A stretch of DNA of 64,000 nt from Octopus sinensis (taxonomy: Eukaryota), in the NCBI RefSeq assembly GCF_006345805.1, contig NC_043008.1:64542001-64606000 (forward strand). Reading direction: 5' to 3'. The notes beneath the pieces were generated by a model. It worked only from the letters and a program-made list of their open reading frames with translations. It searched no databases and was not told where the DNA came from. Below, piece by piece: positions 13,581-25,871 of the stretch (the first letter of the stretch is position 1; each line of letters begins with the position of its first letter). The position numbers and the translations under genes are program-made.

Positions 13581-13943
13581 CCATTGTGAACTATCATCTT
13601 TTTGTTAAGATGAAGCAGTTTTAGGTAAATATTTGTTTATGTGTGCTTGATCTAAGGTCCCTTTATTTTTCAACTTCTCTAATGTTAATGGCACGAACAA
13701 TACACTCAGTACGCTCTGTGGTGAAATGTTTGTGGATAGTAAAGGCGTCCAGTAGCAGGAGTCAGGTCAAATGATAAGTGCGAGTATCTCTCAGTCGAAG
13801 GAGCGTTTCCAAAGAATGAACTCACTCTCATCGTGAAAACTTCGCCAAACCATGGTAGCGTGGAAAGCAAAAGTAAGTGTACTAACAAAGATAATAATAA
13901 TGTTGCTGATATTGGTGCGGATGAAGATGGTATCAAACAGAAG

Positions 13944-14175
13944 AGAGCGGCGAGCTGGCAGAAACGTTAGTACGCCGGGCGAAATGATTAGCGGTATTTC
14001 GTCTGCGTTACGTTGTGAGTTCAAATTCCGCCGAGGTCGACTTTGCCTTTCATCCTTTCGGGGTCGATAAATTAAGTACCAGTTACGCACTGGGGTCGAT
14101 GTAATCGACTTAATCCATTTGTCTGTCCTTGTTTGTCCACTCTGTGTTTAGCCCCTTGTGGGTAATAAAGAAATA
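13944..14175 (+). mobile_element. Young full-length family A SINE
   Basis: Perfect 15-bp TSD GGTATCAAACAGAAG at 13929-13943 and 14176-14190. Confidence 0.9.
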
Positions 14176-14409
14176 GGTATCAAACAGAAGTATGAGGGAC
14201 TATGCTGGAGATTTCTTCGGAAATACCAAAAAAGTAAAGAACTTTTGAAACGTTTTAAAACATTTCTCCACACAGCTCCAAATACTCTCATTGTGTTAAA
14301 AGTATTAAATATTTTGTGATTTTCCACCGTAGATCAACTCTTCTTTTTTTCCTTCTTTTTTCATGTTTCTTAGTTTTAAATATAAAAAGATACATAGTCT
14401 ATCCTATTA

Positions 14410-14780
14410 ACGTTAGAGGCTGTGTGGTACGTAGATTACTTACCAACCATATGGCTCCGGATTCAGTCCCACTGCGTTGAACCCTGGGCAAGTGTTTTTT
14501 ACTATAGCCTTGGGCCGACCAAAGTCTTGTGAGTGGATTTGAAAGACGGAAACTGAAAGAAGCCCGTCGTATATATGTATGTATATGTGTGTGTGTATGT
14601 TTGTGAGTCTGTGTTTTTCCCACTAGCATTGCTTGACAACCGATACTGGTGTGTTTATGTCCACGGCACTTAGCGGTTCGGGGCTTACAAAGAATAAGTC
14701 CCGGGGTCGATTTGCTCGACTAAAAGGCGGTGCTCCAGCATGGCCGCAGTCAAATGACTGAAGCAAGTAAAAGAGTAAAG
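14410..14780 (+). mobile_element. Family B SINE
   Basis: Collinear with 6612-6985 and 16113-16483. Confidence 0.85.
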
Positions 14781-15310
14781 GAGGTAAGGACAAATTTCTA
14801 GAAAGATATGCAGTGAAAAAACCATTGGCTTGGTGGAACATAGATACCCCAAAGGAAGTCACTACGCGATTCGACCATGTGGGATATCAATAAATTTGAT
14901 AATCTGTTGCCGCTGAGTTATAACGTAGAGCAATATCACACCATGAATCGAAATTTGAGAAGAGAATTTATTTAAGGAATATTAACACCGTTAAGGAGAA
15001 GTTATTTAAATATAAGACGATATTAAACATTATATGCGTTTACTTGGATATAACGTTTAATAACGTGTATATTAAACATCTTAATCTTAAACCTAAAATA
15101 TCAGAATGATCTAGAAGTTTAATGTGAAGAACTAAACAGCATATCTAACGTACTACACAGCGCGCGTACACACACACACATCTATATATTTAGATAACCA
15201 CACACTTGTATATATTTATTAATGCATGTATGTGTGTGTCTATGTATATGATATGTATATATATATATATACACACATACATACACATACACACATACAT
15301 ATATAGATAC

Positions 15311-15345
<35 letters not shown>

Positions 15346-15394
15346 AAGAAAGAAAGACAGACGGACGGACGGACAGACTGACAGGCCGATAGAT

Positions 15395-15511
15395 AGATCG
15401 AGAGAAAGATAGATAAATAGTTAGATAGATAAATAGACAGGCAGACAGACAGATAGATAGATAGATCGATAGATAGATAGATCGATAGATAGATAGATAA
15501 ATAGATAGATC

Positions 15512-15581
<70 letters not shown>
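15395..15581. repeat. (GATA)n microsatellite
   Basis: Seen directly in the sequence. Confidence 0.95.
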
Positions 15582-16112
15582 GGACTATCACGCATCATCC
15601 ATGTTTGTGTATCAGATATTATTGGCTACAATTATTAATATAAATGCTATTAAAGATTGCATTTGCGATTTTGAATCCTGTTCTACTTAGGAACCCATCT
15701 TGTTTTATTTACTCTTTGTGCTTGCGTGTTTATGCGTTCGTATGTGTGTGTATGTGTGTGCATGTGTATGTGTGCGCGTGCGTGTCGTGTGTGCACGTTT
15801 GTGTGCATATATATGTGTGCACGTATAATATATGCATGTAAGTATGTATGTATGAATGGGTGTAAAAAGGAATACAGAAGATGTAATCGGTATTTATGCT
15901 TTATATAAAGTATACGTGCTTCAGAAGATCAGCAAACATCAATTAAGGGAGCTTAGATACATAGTTATATGATTAATACATGCAGCCCTTTTCATCAGTG
16001 TTGGCAAAAGTACAACAGAAGGAGAAATGCAGGCTCTTACATACACTAGTTCGTAAATAAGAATACTTAGTTTATCATAGAAGAGAATATAAGAAGGAAG
16101 TTAAAGAGTATA

Positions 16113-16483
16113 TAGGCGTAGGAGTGGCTGTGTGGTAAGTAGCTTGCTTACCAACCACATGGATAAGTGTATTCTACTATAGCCTCGGCCCAACCAAAGC
16201 CTTGTGAGTGGATTTGGTAGACGGAAACTGAAAGAAGCCCGTCGTATATATATGTATATATATGTGTGTGCGTGTTTGTGTGTCTGTGTTTGTCCCGCCA
16301 ACATCGCTTGACAACCGATGCTGTTGTGTTTACGTCCCCGTAACTTAGCGGTTCGGCAAAAGAGACCGATATAAGTACTAGGCTTACAAAGAATAAGTCC
16401 TGGGGTCGATTTGCTCGACTAAAAGGTGGTGCTCCAGCATGGCCACAGTCAAATGACTGAAACAAGTTAAAGAGTAAAAGAGT
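16113..16483 (+). mobile_element. Family B SINE with internal deletion
   Basis: GGCGTAGGAGTGGCTGTGTGGTAAG head. It lacks the TTCCGGGTTCAG...GGGC segment present in other copies. Confidence 0.85.
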
Positions 16484-16811
16484 ATATATACCACCCTACC
16501 TACCTACATACCTACATACATATATATACATACACACATACATGCATATATACGCGCCCATACGCACACATACGCACGCATACTCTCACACATATATGTA
16601 TATATGTGTATACACGTCGTATCGACTCCGAACTCAGGAGCATCTAGAGTTATGAATGCTTTCAAACATGTCGTGTGCAAGTTTGGACAGTGAAAGCACC
16701 CCAGCTTTTTGTTGGTTTCAGTTTGGTAAGGATAGATATATACATTTAGATGAACTCAGGTAGGAATAAAAGTAATAAAAGTTATTATTGTAAATTGTTA
16801 AATAGATTTAA

Positions 16812-16848
16812 AAGCATACCGGTTTCGTAAATTTACTAATCATTGCTT
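16812..16848 (-). ncRNA. 37-nt minimal hammerhead motif, A3-U8 core variant
   Basis: Minus strand reads AAGCA-ATGATTA-GTA aatt TAC-GAAA-CCGG-TA-TGCTT. Stem I is a perfect 5 bp, stem III is the palindrome ACCGGT, and the site is GUA. Confidence 0.65.
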
Positions 16849-16861
16849 AGTAAAAAGAGTA

Positions 16862-17226
16862 TACTCTTTACTCTTTTACTCTTTTAATTGTTTCAGTCAG
16901 TTGACTGCGGCCATGCTGGAGCACCACCTCTAGTCGAGCAAATCGACCCCGGGACTTATTCTTTGTAAGCCCAGTACTTATTCTATCGGTCTCTTTTGCC
17001 GAACCGCTAGGTGACGGGGACGTAAACACACCAGCATCGGTTGTCAAGCAATGCTAGGGGGACAAACACACAAACACATATATAAATATACATATATACG
17101 ACAGGCTTCTTTCAGTTTCCGTCTACCAAATCCACTCACGTGCCCAAGATGCCACGCAGTGGGACTGAACCCGGAACCATATGGTTTGTTAGCAAGCTAC
17201 TTACCACACAGCCACTCCTGCGCCTA
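16862..17226 (-). mobile_element. Family B SINE inserted in a Penelope 3' region
   Basis: Reverse complement of the family B consensus seen elsewhere in the window. Confidence 0.85.
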
Positions 17227-17239
17227 TGTGTAAAGAAGG

Positions 17240-18050
17240 TAAGTAGTTCTGTATTTGGTGCAATTAGGGTAGATATAGATCTGTAATGTGAATAGTGGAT
17301 GGGATGTATGGGCGTTAGTGGTATTAATTAAAAGGTTAGGAGTGTTCTGTATTGTTATGTGTTCATACTGAGTTGTGGAACATATTATTTAATGAAAGTT
17401 GCCTCTTTATTCATTCTTTGTTGTACTGAGGTGTTCTGTGAACATTGATAGAAGGGGAAAATTAGGAAATTAGGATTAAGATTCTTAGCACACCTTTCTA
17501 TGTGTTCACTAACCTGTATCTGTCTGTATTGTGGGTGGCGGATTTGTTCTTTGTGAAGAGTGGTTTTCCGAAAGAGTGATATTCTTGTTTGGCTAATATA
17601 ATTATTACCCCACTCTAAGTATGTAATGGCATCAATTAGATTTTCCGAGGCACAGGTGAAATTTGATTTAATCTTTAATATTTCACCTAGTTTAAAGTGG
17701 AATTTCGAACATGTATGTATATGCACATTTATACAGAATGAAAACTGGAAATATTTTTGAAAATTAAAGCCTTTTTTCTTTTTGCCAACACCCATATAAA
17801 ATTTCCCAAAGCCTCCATTGCAGAAAACTGTACGAGGTGTAAGGAATAACATGATAAAGTAAATATGTAAAGTTTATTGGTGCGACTTCATTGCAGTGTC
17901 ACTTGTGTAAATGTTTGAAGATTTCTGTCGGTATTCTTCGTTAGTTGTTGAAAAGCTTAATGATTCAGCCTTACCAACGATGTCTACGTAAGACTTTGCA
18001 GTATAAGAAAATGAAATAAATATATAAAAATAGCATAAAACTTTCAGAAC
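17240..18050 (-). pseudogene. Penelope-like element 3' part with GIY-YIG endonuclease
   Basis: ORF 17385-17852 reads FTCASENLIDAITYLEWGNNYISQT...LHKEQIRHPQYRQIQVSEHIERC...FLIFPFYQC...RMNKEATFIK, a Penelope-type GIY-YIG (LIYAI..C...YIGQT, HKEQI, E..FI). Confidence 0.8.
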
Positions 18051-18598
18051 TTTCAGAGTGGACTTTGAGAAAAAGAAAGAAACTGTCTGTATTTTTAAAA
18101 GTTTCTTTCAAATATTGCCAGAAGGCAGACGATCAGTTTAAACAACACAATATGAAACACTAACAAGGAGATACAAACATATGAGGATACACAAAAAAGA
18201 AAAATAATCAAAAACATACACACGGTATAACATGTACACTGAACAAAACACATATACGCACACACGCTCAAATACAACCGCGCGCACATAGATATGGTAC
18301 ATATATATATAACAACGAACACACTCAAATGGATATACACACAAACGTACATGTATACATTCATTAATACAATCATATATATGTATATATGTGTGTGCGT
18401 GTGCGTGTGTGTATATATACATATATATGCATGCATATATATATACACATAAATATATATATACACATACACACACATATATAAACACATACACATAAAC
18501 ATATATATATACACATACACACACATGCACAAGTATATATATTCATAAACATAAACACGTTTTACAAATACACATACAAGGCTATATATATATATACG

Positions 18599-18637
<39 letters not shown>

Positions 18638-18758
18638 ATGTATGTATGTGTATGTATATACATATTTATTTATATACGTATAAAAGCGTATATGTATATA
18701 TGTATATATATGTATGTATATATATTTACATACATTTAAATGCGTGTATGTATATATG

Positions 18759-18789
<31 letters not shown>

Positions 18790-19605
18790 ATGTGTGTGTA
18801 GATTTATATATATGTTTATATATATCTATATAAACACACACATATACACACGTCTGTACGCGCACGGACACATGATGCAGCATAGATTATCAAAGATAGA
18901 AAATATACATGACATTTGAAAGTTCGTTCGTGCACTTGGTTTGTTTATTCACAGTGTTGCTACAAGATTGTAATTGGTGCCAATATTTTGGTTTATTTGA
19001 TTGGAATGATAAAGAGATGGCATTAAAACCAGGAATATACTAACTGCTACTGACAGCTTTCACATAAACAACGGTTTTTGATCGACAAAAGCATGGAAGA
19101 ATGACGGGTAGGTAGCGAAGTAACTAGAAGCACGGAGAACGTTCAAATGCCATATTGTATTCTTGACACAATATCTACAATATCGCAGACAGTCAGATAA
19201 AATCTGAGATCCAGTATTTATATTATACACAGTAAAGAGAAGTGATTTTGGCAGATACAATAGGTTACTGTACTTAATACTGTGCAGTACTCATTTACCT
19301 CCCTTTATATTCTAAGTGTTCATTTTCCGTCGTACGGCAGCCATCTTTGCCGTTCGTTCTTTGAGTATATTATATATACCAGTTACCAGTAATACATTAT
19401 CATCACCATCATCATTGGTGTCATCGTGGTCGTCGACGTAATCACCACAACTACCACCTCAACCATCACCATCATCTTCACTTTTCTCATCGCTTAGTGT
19501 TCGATTTCCCATGCCTGACGAAATTCGTTGAGGTTGATTGTTTTTACGGTCGAATACCCTTTCTATCGCCAACCTTCACGTCTTTAAAAAAAAAACTCCC
19601 TTTTA

Positions 19606-19838
19606 GTGCCTAGCCAGGCTCATGGGCCCGGTTTCCAAGTTTCAATGGCGTATATGTTCCGCAGCTGGACGGGACGCCAGTCCATCGCAGCGTTACTCAT
19701 TTTTGCCAGCTGAGTGGACTGGAGCAACGTGAAATGAAGTCTTTTGCTCAAGAACACAACGCTTCGCCGAGTACAGGAATCGAAATCCCAATCTTACGAT
19801 CATGAAGCTGACACCATAACCACTAAGCCACGCGCCTC
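19606..19838 (-). mobile_element. Family C tRNA-derived SINE with V-domain-like motif
   Basis: GAGGCGCGTGGCTTAGTGGTTA head and GCTGCGATGGACTGGCGTCCCGTCCAG, which resembles the V-SINE conserved domain. Confidence 0.8.
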
Positions 19839-20089
19839 TACTCACTTATTTCAAAGCAAGGTAATATTTTCTCATAAACAGACAGGTTTTCGGGGAAGAT
19901 TGGATACGAATGACACTAGTTGTATAGCAGTGACTCTCATTTACAACTATCACGAGATGTCAAAACAAAGTGACATAATCTCCCTCTCTCTCTTTCTCTT
20001 TCTCTTTCATACACGCACACACACACATACACGCACTCACACACACGCACATATTGGTTTCATGTTAAGTCCCACTGCATTACACATTA

Positions 20090-20442
20090 CGTAAGTGTCT
20101 ACTGCTACATATTCGAGCTGACCAAGCTTTGTGAGTGGATTTAGAAGGTGGAAACTAAAAGAAGCCTGTCGTATATAAGCTTGTGCGTGTGTGTCTTTGT
20201 GTCTGTTTTTGTACTCCACAGTCACTTGAAACTGGTGTTGGTGTGTTTACGTCCCCGTAACATAGCAGTTTAGCAGAAGAGACCGATAACATAAGTATCC
20301 TACTTCAAAAGCAATTACTTGTGACGATTCCATAAATTAAAAATTCTGCGAAGTGGTGCACCAGCATGGGCGCAGTCTAATGACGGAAACAACTAAACGA
20401 TGAAAGACAAAAGATATTAATATATACACGCATACGACAGGC

Positions 20443-20503
<61 letters not shown>

Positions 20504-20640
20504 CATTCGCCAAATCCATACAAGGCTTTTGTCGGCCCTAAGCTATAATAGGAGATACTTGCCCAAGGTGTCCCGAAGTGGATCTCAAAATGAAACCCCA
20601 CGATTGTCAAGCAAATTTGTTAAGTGCACAGCTATGACTA
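20090..20640. mobile_element. Two partial family B SINEs in opposite orientation around an (ATT)n tract (20446-20501)
   Basis: Family B motifs on + at 20090-20410 and on - at 20420-20640. Confidence 0.6.
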
Positions 20641-20696
20641 AGGCTATATTACTTTGGGATTAATTAATAGAGAATCCATTGTGCACGCACGGTTAT

Positions 20697-21012
20697 TGTT
20701 ATGGGAGGATCCTGAACAACCCCACGGGACTGAAGGTGGACTAACCGATTACGATAAATAAGAACTGAGTGAACTGTGAGTGGTGGGTGAAGCGGTTAGT
20801 TGACGGTGTTAGTTTAGCCGTGTTGTAACAGTGTTGGTTAACCGTGTTAGTTAGACGTGTGTTGTTTTAACAGTCGGTAGTTGAACAGTGAATATTGAGT
20901 ATTATATACTTACGTTTGAGTAGTACGGAATGCGTTCTGTGTTGACATATTTATGTGATAGGTTATTTTTAGATAACCACAACCAACTATTTATGTGTAA
21001 TGCCATTTTACA
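20697..21012. mobile_element. Possible solo LTR
   Basis: TGTTATGG...CCATTTTACA (TG..CA with a short imperfect inverted end) and a TATATAA motif on the minus strand. No TSD found. Confidence 0.3.
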
Positions 21013-21043
21013 CCAGACCTATATATATATATATATATATAAA

Positions 21044-21290
21044 TGCGCCCTTTTGAAAGCCTAGCCAGGCTCATGGGCCCGGTTTCCCGGTTTCTATGGC
21101 GTATGTGTTCCCCAGCTGGACGGGACGCCAGCCCATCGCAGCGTTACTCATTTTTGCCAGCTGAGTGGACTGGAGCAGCGTAAAATGAAGTAATTTGCTC
21201 ATGAACACGACGCGTCACCCGGTCCAGGAATCGAAATCACAATCTTACGATCATGATGCTGACACCCTAACCACTGAGCCACGCGCCTCC
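21044..21290 (-). mobile_element. Family C SINE, full length
   Basis: Same family as 19606-19838. TSD AGACCTATATA lies at ~21015 and ~21294. Confidence 0.85.
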
Positions 21291-22207
21291 ACAAGACCTA
21301 TATACCCTCGTTATAACAGTAATAAACGTTACTAGCCAACGAAAAATCCTCTAGAAAGTGTTTTCTCTCAATACAAATAGCGTCTGCTTCTTCTTCACGT
21401 CTCTTGTTTTAAGAAATCAATGAGTCCCTAGACAATGACGTTAGAGTCTGTAAGACGGAGGATCATCAAAGATGGAGCACTTATGATTAAAGGTTTACGG
21501 AATCAAGGCTGAACTGTTAAACAGTAACCACAGGGAATGTAAACGAATAAATTATTTCGAAATCATGGAACTGAATACTTAGATCATTATTATATACTTT
21601 CTGTTCTAATGCACCGTTAACAGTACCAACAGACTGTTTATATTGCTAATGCACAGTTTACTGGACTAATGCACATTTACAATAGGATAGGCATAGTTTA
21701 CTTTTGTAATGCAACTTTCACAATGCCAGCACTCATTTACAGTCTCAATATTACATCTACAGTATTACTACACCATATAAACACCAGTGCGCTATTTCCT
21801 AATGCATATTTACAATATCAGTGTACTATTTCCAGTAGTAAAGTACTGTTTACAGTATTTATTCAGATCTTCACTACTTATACATATTTGCAGTACCAAA
21901 GCACCATTTACATTTGAAACGTAAATTTTTCTATATTAATGCACCGTTTCAGTTACTAATTCCTCATTACTTACAGACATCGCTACTCGTGCTGCAACAG
22001 TGAAAAGGATGTCTGTAGCTATTTCTGTTGGAACAAATGTCAGACATGAGATTTTTGTGTTCATTGTTATGTCGTTAATAATAAGCAATTAAGGAAGAGG
22101 CTGCGTTCGTCAACAAGAATGACCATACAAAATAAATAGGTGTTTCTATACATTTCTTTCATTTAACTGAGTACATCTTACAAATGTAAAAAAAATAGGT
22201 TTTTTAC

Positions 22208-22424
22208 GCTGGTTTCAAATTTTGGCACAAGGCCAGCAATTTCAGAAGAGGGTGTAAGTCGATTACATTGAATCCCGCTGTGCTGAACTGATACTTATTT
22301 TACCATCCCGGAAATGGATGGGAAGCTAAGTCGACCTCGGCGACATTTGAACTAAAAACATAAAGACAGACCAAATGCCGCTAAGCCTTTTGACCAGCAT
22401 GCTAACGATTCTGCCAGCTTACCC
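22208..22424 (-). mobile_element. Family A SINE, degenerate
   Basis: Family A motifs on the minus strand. Confidence 0.7.
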
Positions 22425-22676
22425 ACCTCATTACTTTATGTGCATCTATATTATAATGAAGAAAAAAAGCGGCGAGGTAGGAGAATCCTTTGCACGCCGA
22501 ATGAAAGGATTAGCTGCATTTCTTCCGGGTTTACGTTTGCTGGCGGGTAAACATTTACATGGATGTTCTGTTCCTTCAGAGAGTTGCCTTTTATGGTTGT
22601 ATGAGTAAGATGTGGATCGAAGGTGGAAATCCAGCAGAATGAAGGCAGAGGCCTGCTACATACACGCACATATGCA

Positions 22677-22720
<44 letters not shown>

Positions 22721-22805
22721 ATATATATATATATTAAAATGCCAGACATTAGGCCTAAATTTTTCTACATCTGCCCTATTCAGCAAGGTACGAAAATAAG
22801 AAATA

Positions 22806-22881
22806 TTGGTTTCAAATTTTAGGGCAAGGCCAACTTGTCGGGGGAGGGAGTAAGTCAGGTACATCAATGCCAGTGCTCAAC
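22806..22881 (-). mobile_element. 3' half of a family A SINE fused to the LINE break
   Basis: TTGAGCACTGGCATTGATGTACCTGACTTAC...AAATTTGAAACCAAT matches the family A 3' end seen at 22208 and 51920. Confidence 0.7.
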
Positions 22882-25821
22882 CTATAGAGCTTATCCCGAA
22901 CGGGTAGCGCTTCTCGGTAGCACCGCCAGGCCAGGGATCTCTGGAATTTGTCCATAGGTCCCGGCCCGAAAGTCGTTTCAAACAGGCGGGTCAGGTATTC
23001 CTCGTCGACGCCCAAGTTTGCCCCAAGATCGTCGTCGTACCCCACTCCACTAATCCCCTATAGAATGCTTTGGTTGTGTTGAAGTCACTCAATGTCGACC
23101 CGGGACGGCAGAGTTGCTTGAGAGCAACGCGACACTCGCGGTGCCATTCGCCCTTCCTCGGCCTCTTTTTGATCCACGACTGCAGTTCGGTCATGAAGAC
23201 GAGCTGCGGGAATGCGTGCCTCACAAACGGCGACCACACCTGTTTACTGTCGTCTACATAGAGCCGGAGATGTCGCAGTCTCAGCGTGCCAACGAGTATT
23301 GACAGCAAATGGATCGCCTGACCATCGAGACGCATCCTTTCCACAAGAAGCGGAAGAGAATGCGTTCTAGTTTGGTGATGGTGGGGTCGGGACAAGGTAC
23401 GACGGTCAGGCGGTAGTAGATGATGGACGCGATGTATGTGTTCGCCACCTCCGCCCGACCTTTTAGGGACAGTTTCCTCTCGGCCCATTGCCGGGCGAGA
23501 GTGACCACCCTACTCGTTATCTCGTTCCAGTTCTTCTCCATTTGGAGGTCCGGGCCGAACCAGACCCCGAGCAACTCAACCGGGCCGTCGGTCCAGCGTC
23601 CCACGACGGAGGACGGCATGGGCTTGCTTCTCCAGGTGCCGAGCCGCAAGCCCACTGACTTTTCCCGGTTGATTTTTGCTCCTGTCACCGCTTCGTAGTC
23701 TTTCAGTGTCTCGCCGACCAGCTCGATGTGCTCGTGGCTTGACACTATGACGGTTACGTCGTCCGCGTATGCAGACACGCTCGTCCCGCATCCCAATTCT
23801 CGCGGGATGCCCCTCAGAGTCGCCAGCTTCCGCAGTAGTGGCTCGAGAGTCAATACGTATAGAAGCGACGAGAGGGGGCATCCCTGACGGACCGAACGTG
23901 CAATGTCGAAAGGTCTCGAGAGATGTCAATTTATGCGAACTACTGAACGGATGCCTCTGTACAAGGCAGCTATCCAGCCGCGGAAGACGGGACCGAAACC
24001 AGCCGTTCTCAGGACTGCCTCCAAGTATCGATGATCTACCATATCGAAGGCGTTCGATTGATCCAAATTGATCAGGGCCCCACCCATGCCAGGTTCCTTA
24101 ACTACTCTGTCTATGATGTAGCGCATCAGATGGAGGTTGTAATGGATGCTCCGGCCCGGCACAGCGGACGTTTGTGCGTTGTCGACCAGTTTCTCGATGA
24201 CAAGCGCCAACCTCTTGGCTAACACCTTGGTCAAAATTTTCAGGTCTGCATTGAGCAGGGTGATTGGTCTAAAGTTATCTATAATGTCCCCCTTGTTTGG
24301 ATCTTTCTTCAGCAGCGTTACGGCTCCTCGACTCACAAAACCGGGTATGCTCCCGTTTTGCTGCCAGTTGCAGTATACCGCTGCCAAGACGTCTCCAAAC
24401 AAGTCTGGCATACAATTGTAAAACTCGTAGGGCAGACCATCCAAACCCGGCGATTTGTCTCTCGAGCATTCTGCCATTGCGTCCCGCACATCTGCCGCCG
24501 TGATGGCACCCTCGCAGCACTCTGCCTCTCTTGCCGAGAGTCGTGGTAGGCTGTGCACGTAGGCACTGAAGTCCACCCTGCGTTCACGCTCGCCACTCGT
24601 CTCGTACAGTCGGGCAAAGTGCCGCTGAAATGCCTCGCACATCTTGCTGGGCTCGAGCAATTCGCGCCTTTGTTCATCTACCAGAGACCGAATAGTGGCT
24701 TTGTTGCCCTGCTGCGCTTCCGCCACCCGGGCCTCCCTCGCGGCTCCAATGCCATCCATCCTTAGAGCACGCATCCTAACCCTGACAGCACACCCTTCGT
24801 GTTTGGCGTTGAAGTGTTGGTCAAGGGCCAACCTCGCAGCTAAAACGTCGGATGTGATGCCGCTTCTTATTGCCTCTTCTAACTTCTTAACTAATTCACC
24901 CTCTACTCTATTTCTATCTACGGCTAGTGCCTTGCTATATCTAATTGCTTCCGCTTTTACTGCTCTCTTGAGGGCGAACCACCAATTGTTGTTGACAATG
25001 GCTCCCGTTAAAGCCCTTTTTACTAACGTGTTGATTCTGTCTCTGAAAACCTGTCTGGACGGGAAAGATGCGTTCGGTTTCCAGTAACCAGGACCCTGTC
25101 TATGTGCCTTATCTAAGTCTAGCGTACACGTCACGAATTTGTGATCCGTGTAGCTGACTGTGTGGAATTGTGGACATCCTAAGTTATCCCTGTCTACTGT
25201 CCTACACAGTATCCTATCTAGATACGATCTCGACGACCCACTGCGGTTGCTCCATGTCCACGTTGGTGCATTTGGGTGGTCGAATCGGTACCTGTCAGAC
25301 AGTTGGAATCGTCTGAGCAGGTCTCTGAGGCATTTGCATCCCCTTCTGTTTTTGTCTCTCCACACATAGTCTAGATACGTGTCCAAGGTAGCATTCCAAT
25401 CCCCCACTAAAAGTAAAGGACGAGACGTTCCCAGGAATACTTCTAGACGTCGAAAGAAATCCAGCCGACCTGTTAAAGGCGGTGCGTAGACTGATACGAG
25501 TCGAAAAGCGCACCCATTGCTGCCGTCGACATCCAGAACGACCAGTCTACCCTCTGGGTCTACGAATATCGTCTTGACTTTGAGATCCAGGCTCCTGTGA
25601 AAAAGTACCGCGGTGCCACTACCGCCCATCCTCGGCAGACAGGGAGAAAAATAAATGTTAAACTGTCCGCCAAACATGGACTTTAGGGCCTGTGGCTCGT
25701 GGAGTCTGGTCTCACTTATGGCTATGATTCCCAAATCGTGTGACTTTATGTCATTTAGGAGGTATCCTTGTTTCCAAGGAGACCCCAAGCCACGCGCATT
25801 CACACAACCAATCTTGACCAT
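22882..25821 (-). pseudogene. LINE ORF2: APE endonuclease plus reverse transcriptase (Tx1-like)
   Basis: Motifs: MVKIGCVNARGL..ISET, LVGDWNA, SYLDRIL, SDH-like YTDHK, SPGLDGLPYEFY, NFRPITLLNADLKILTKVLA, DQSNAFD, RQGCPLS, YADD. Lesions: an in-frame stop at 23926-23928 (N*HLSRPF, likely GGA>TGA), a frameshift or deletion near 23290 and a frameshift near 23040. It ends at LPVRDKLYR, before the expected C-terminal zinc finger. Confidence 0.92.
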
Positions 25822-25871
25822 GATTCTATTGGGGTGTGTGCTTTAAAACACAAAAGGGAAGGTACAGAGAG

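Noticed and set aside
14780-15160. Possible Penelope remnant (..EHRYPKGSHY..)
   Set aside because: Only one weak motif. The same applies to 18950-19330.
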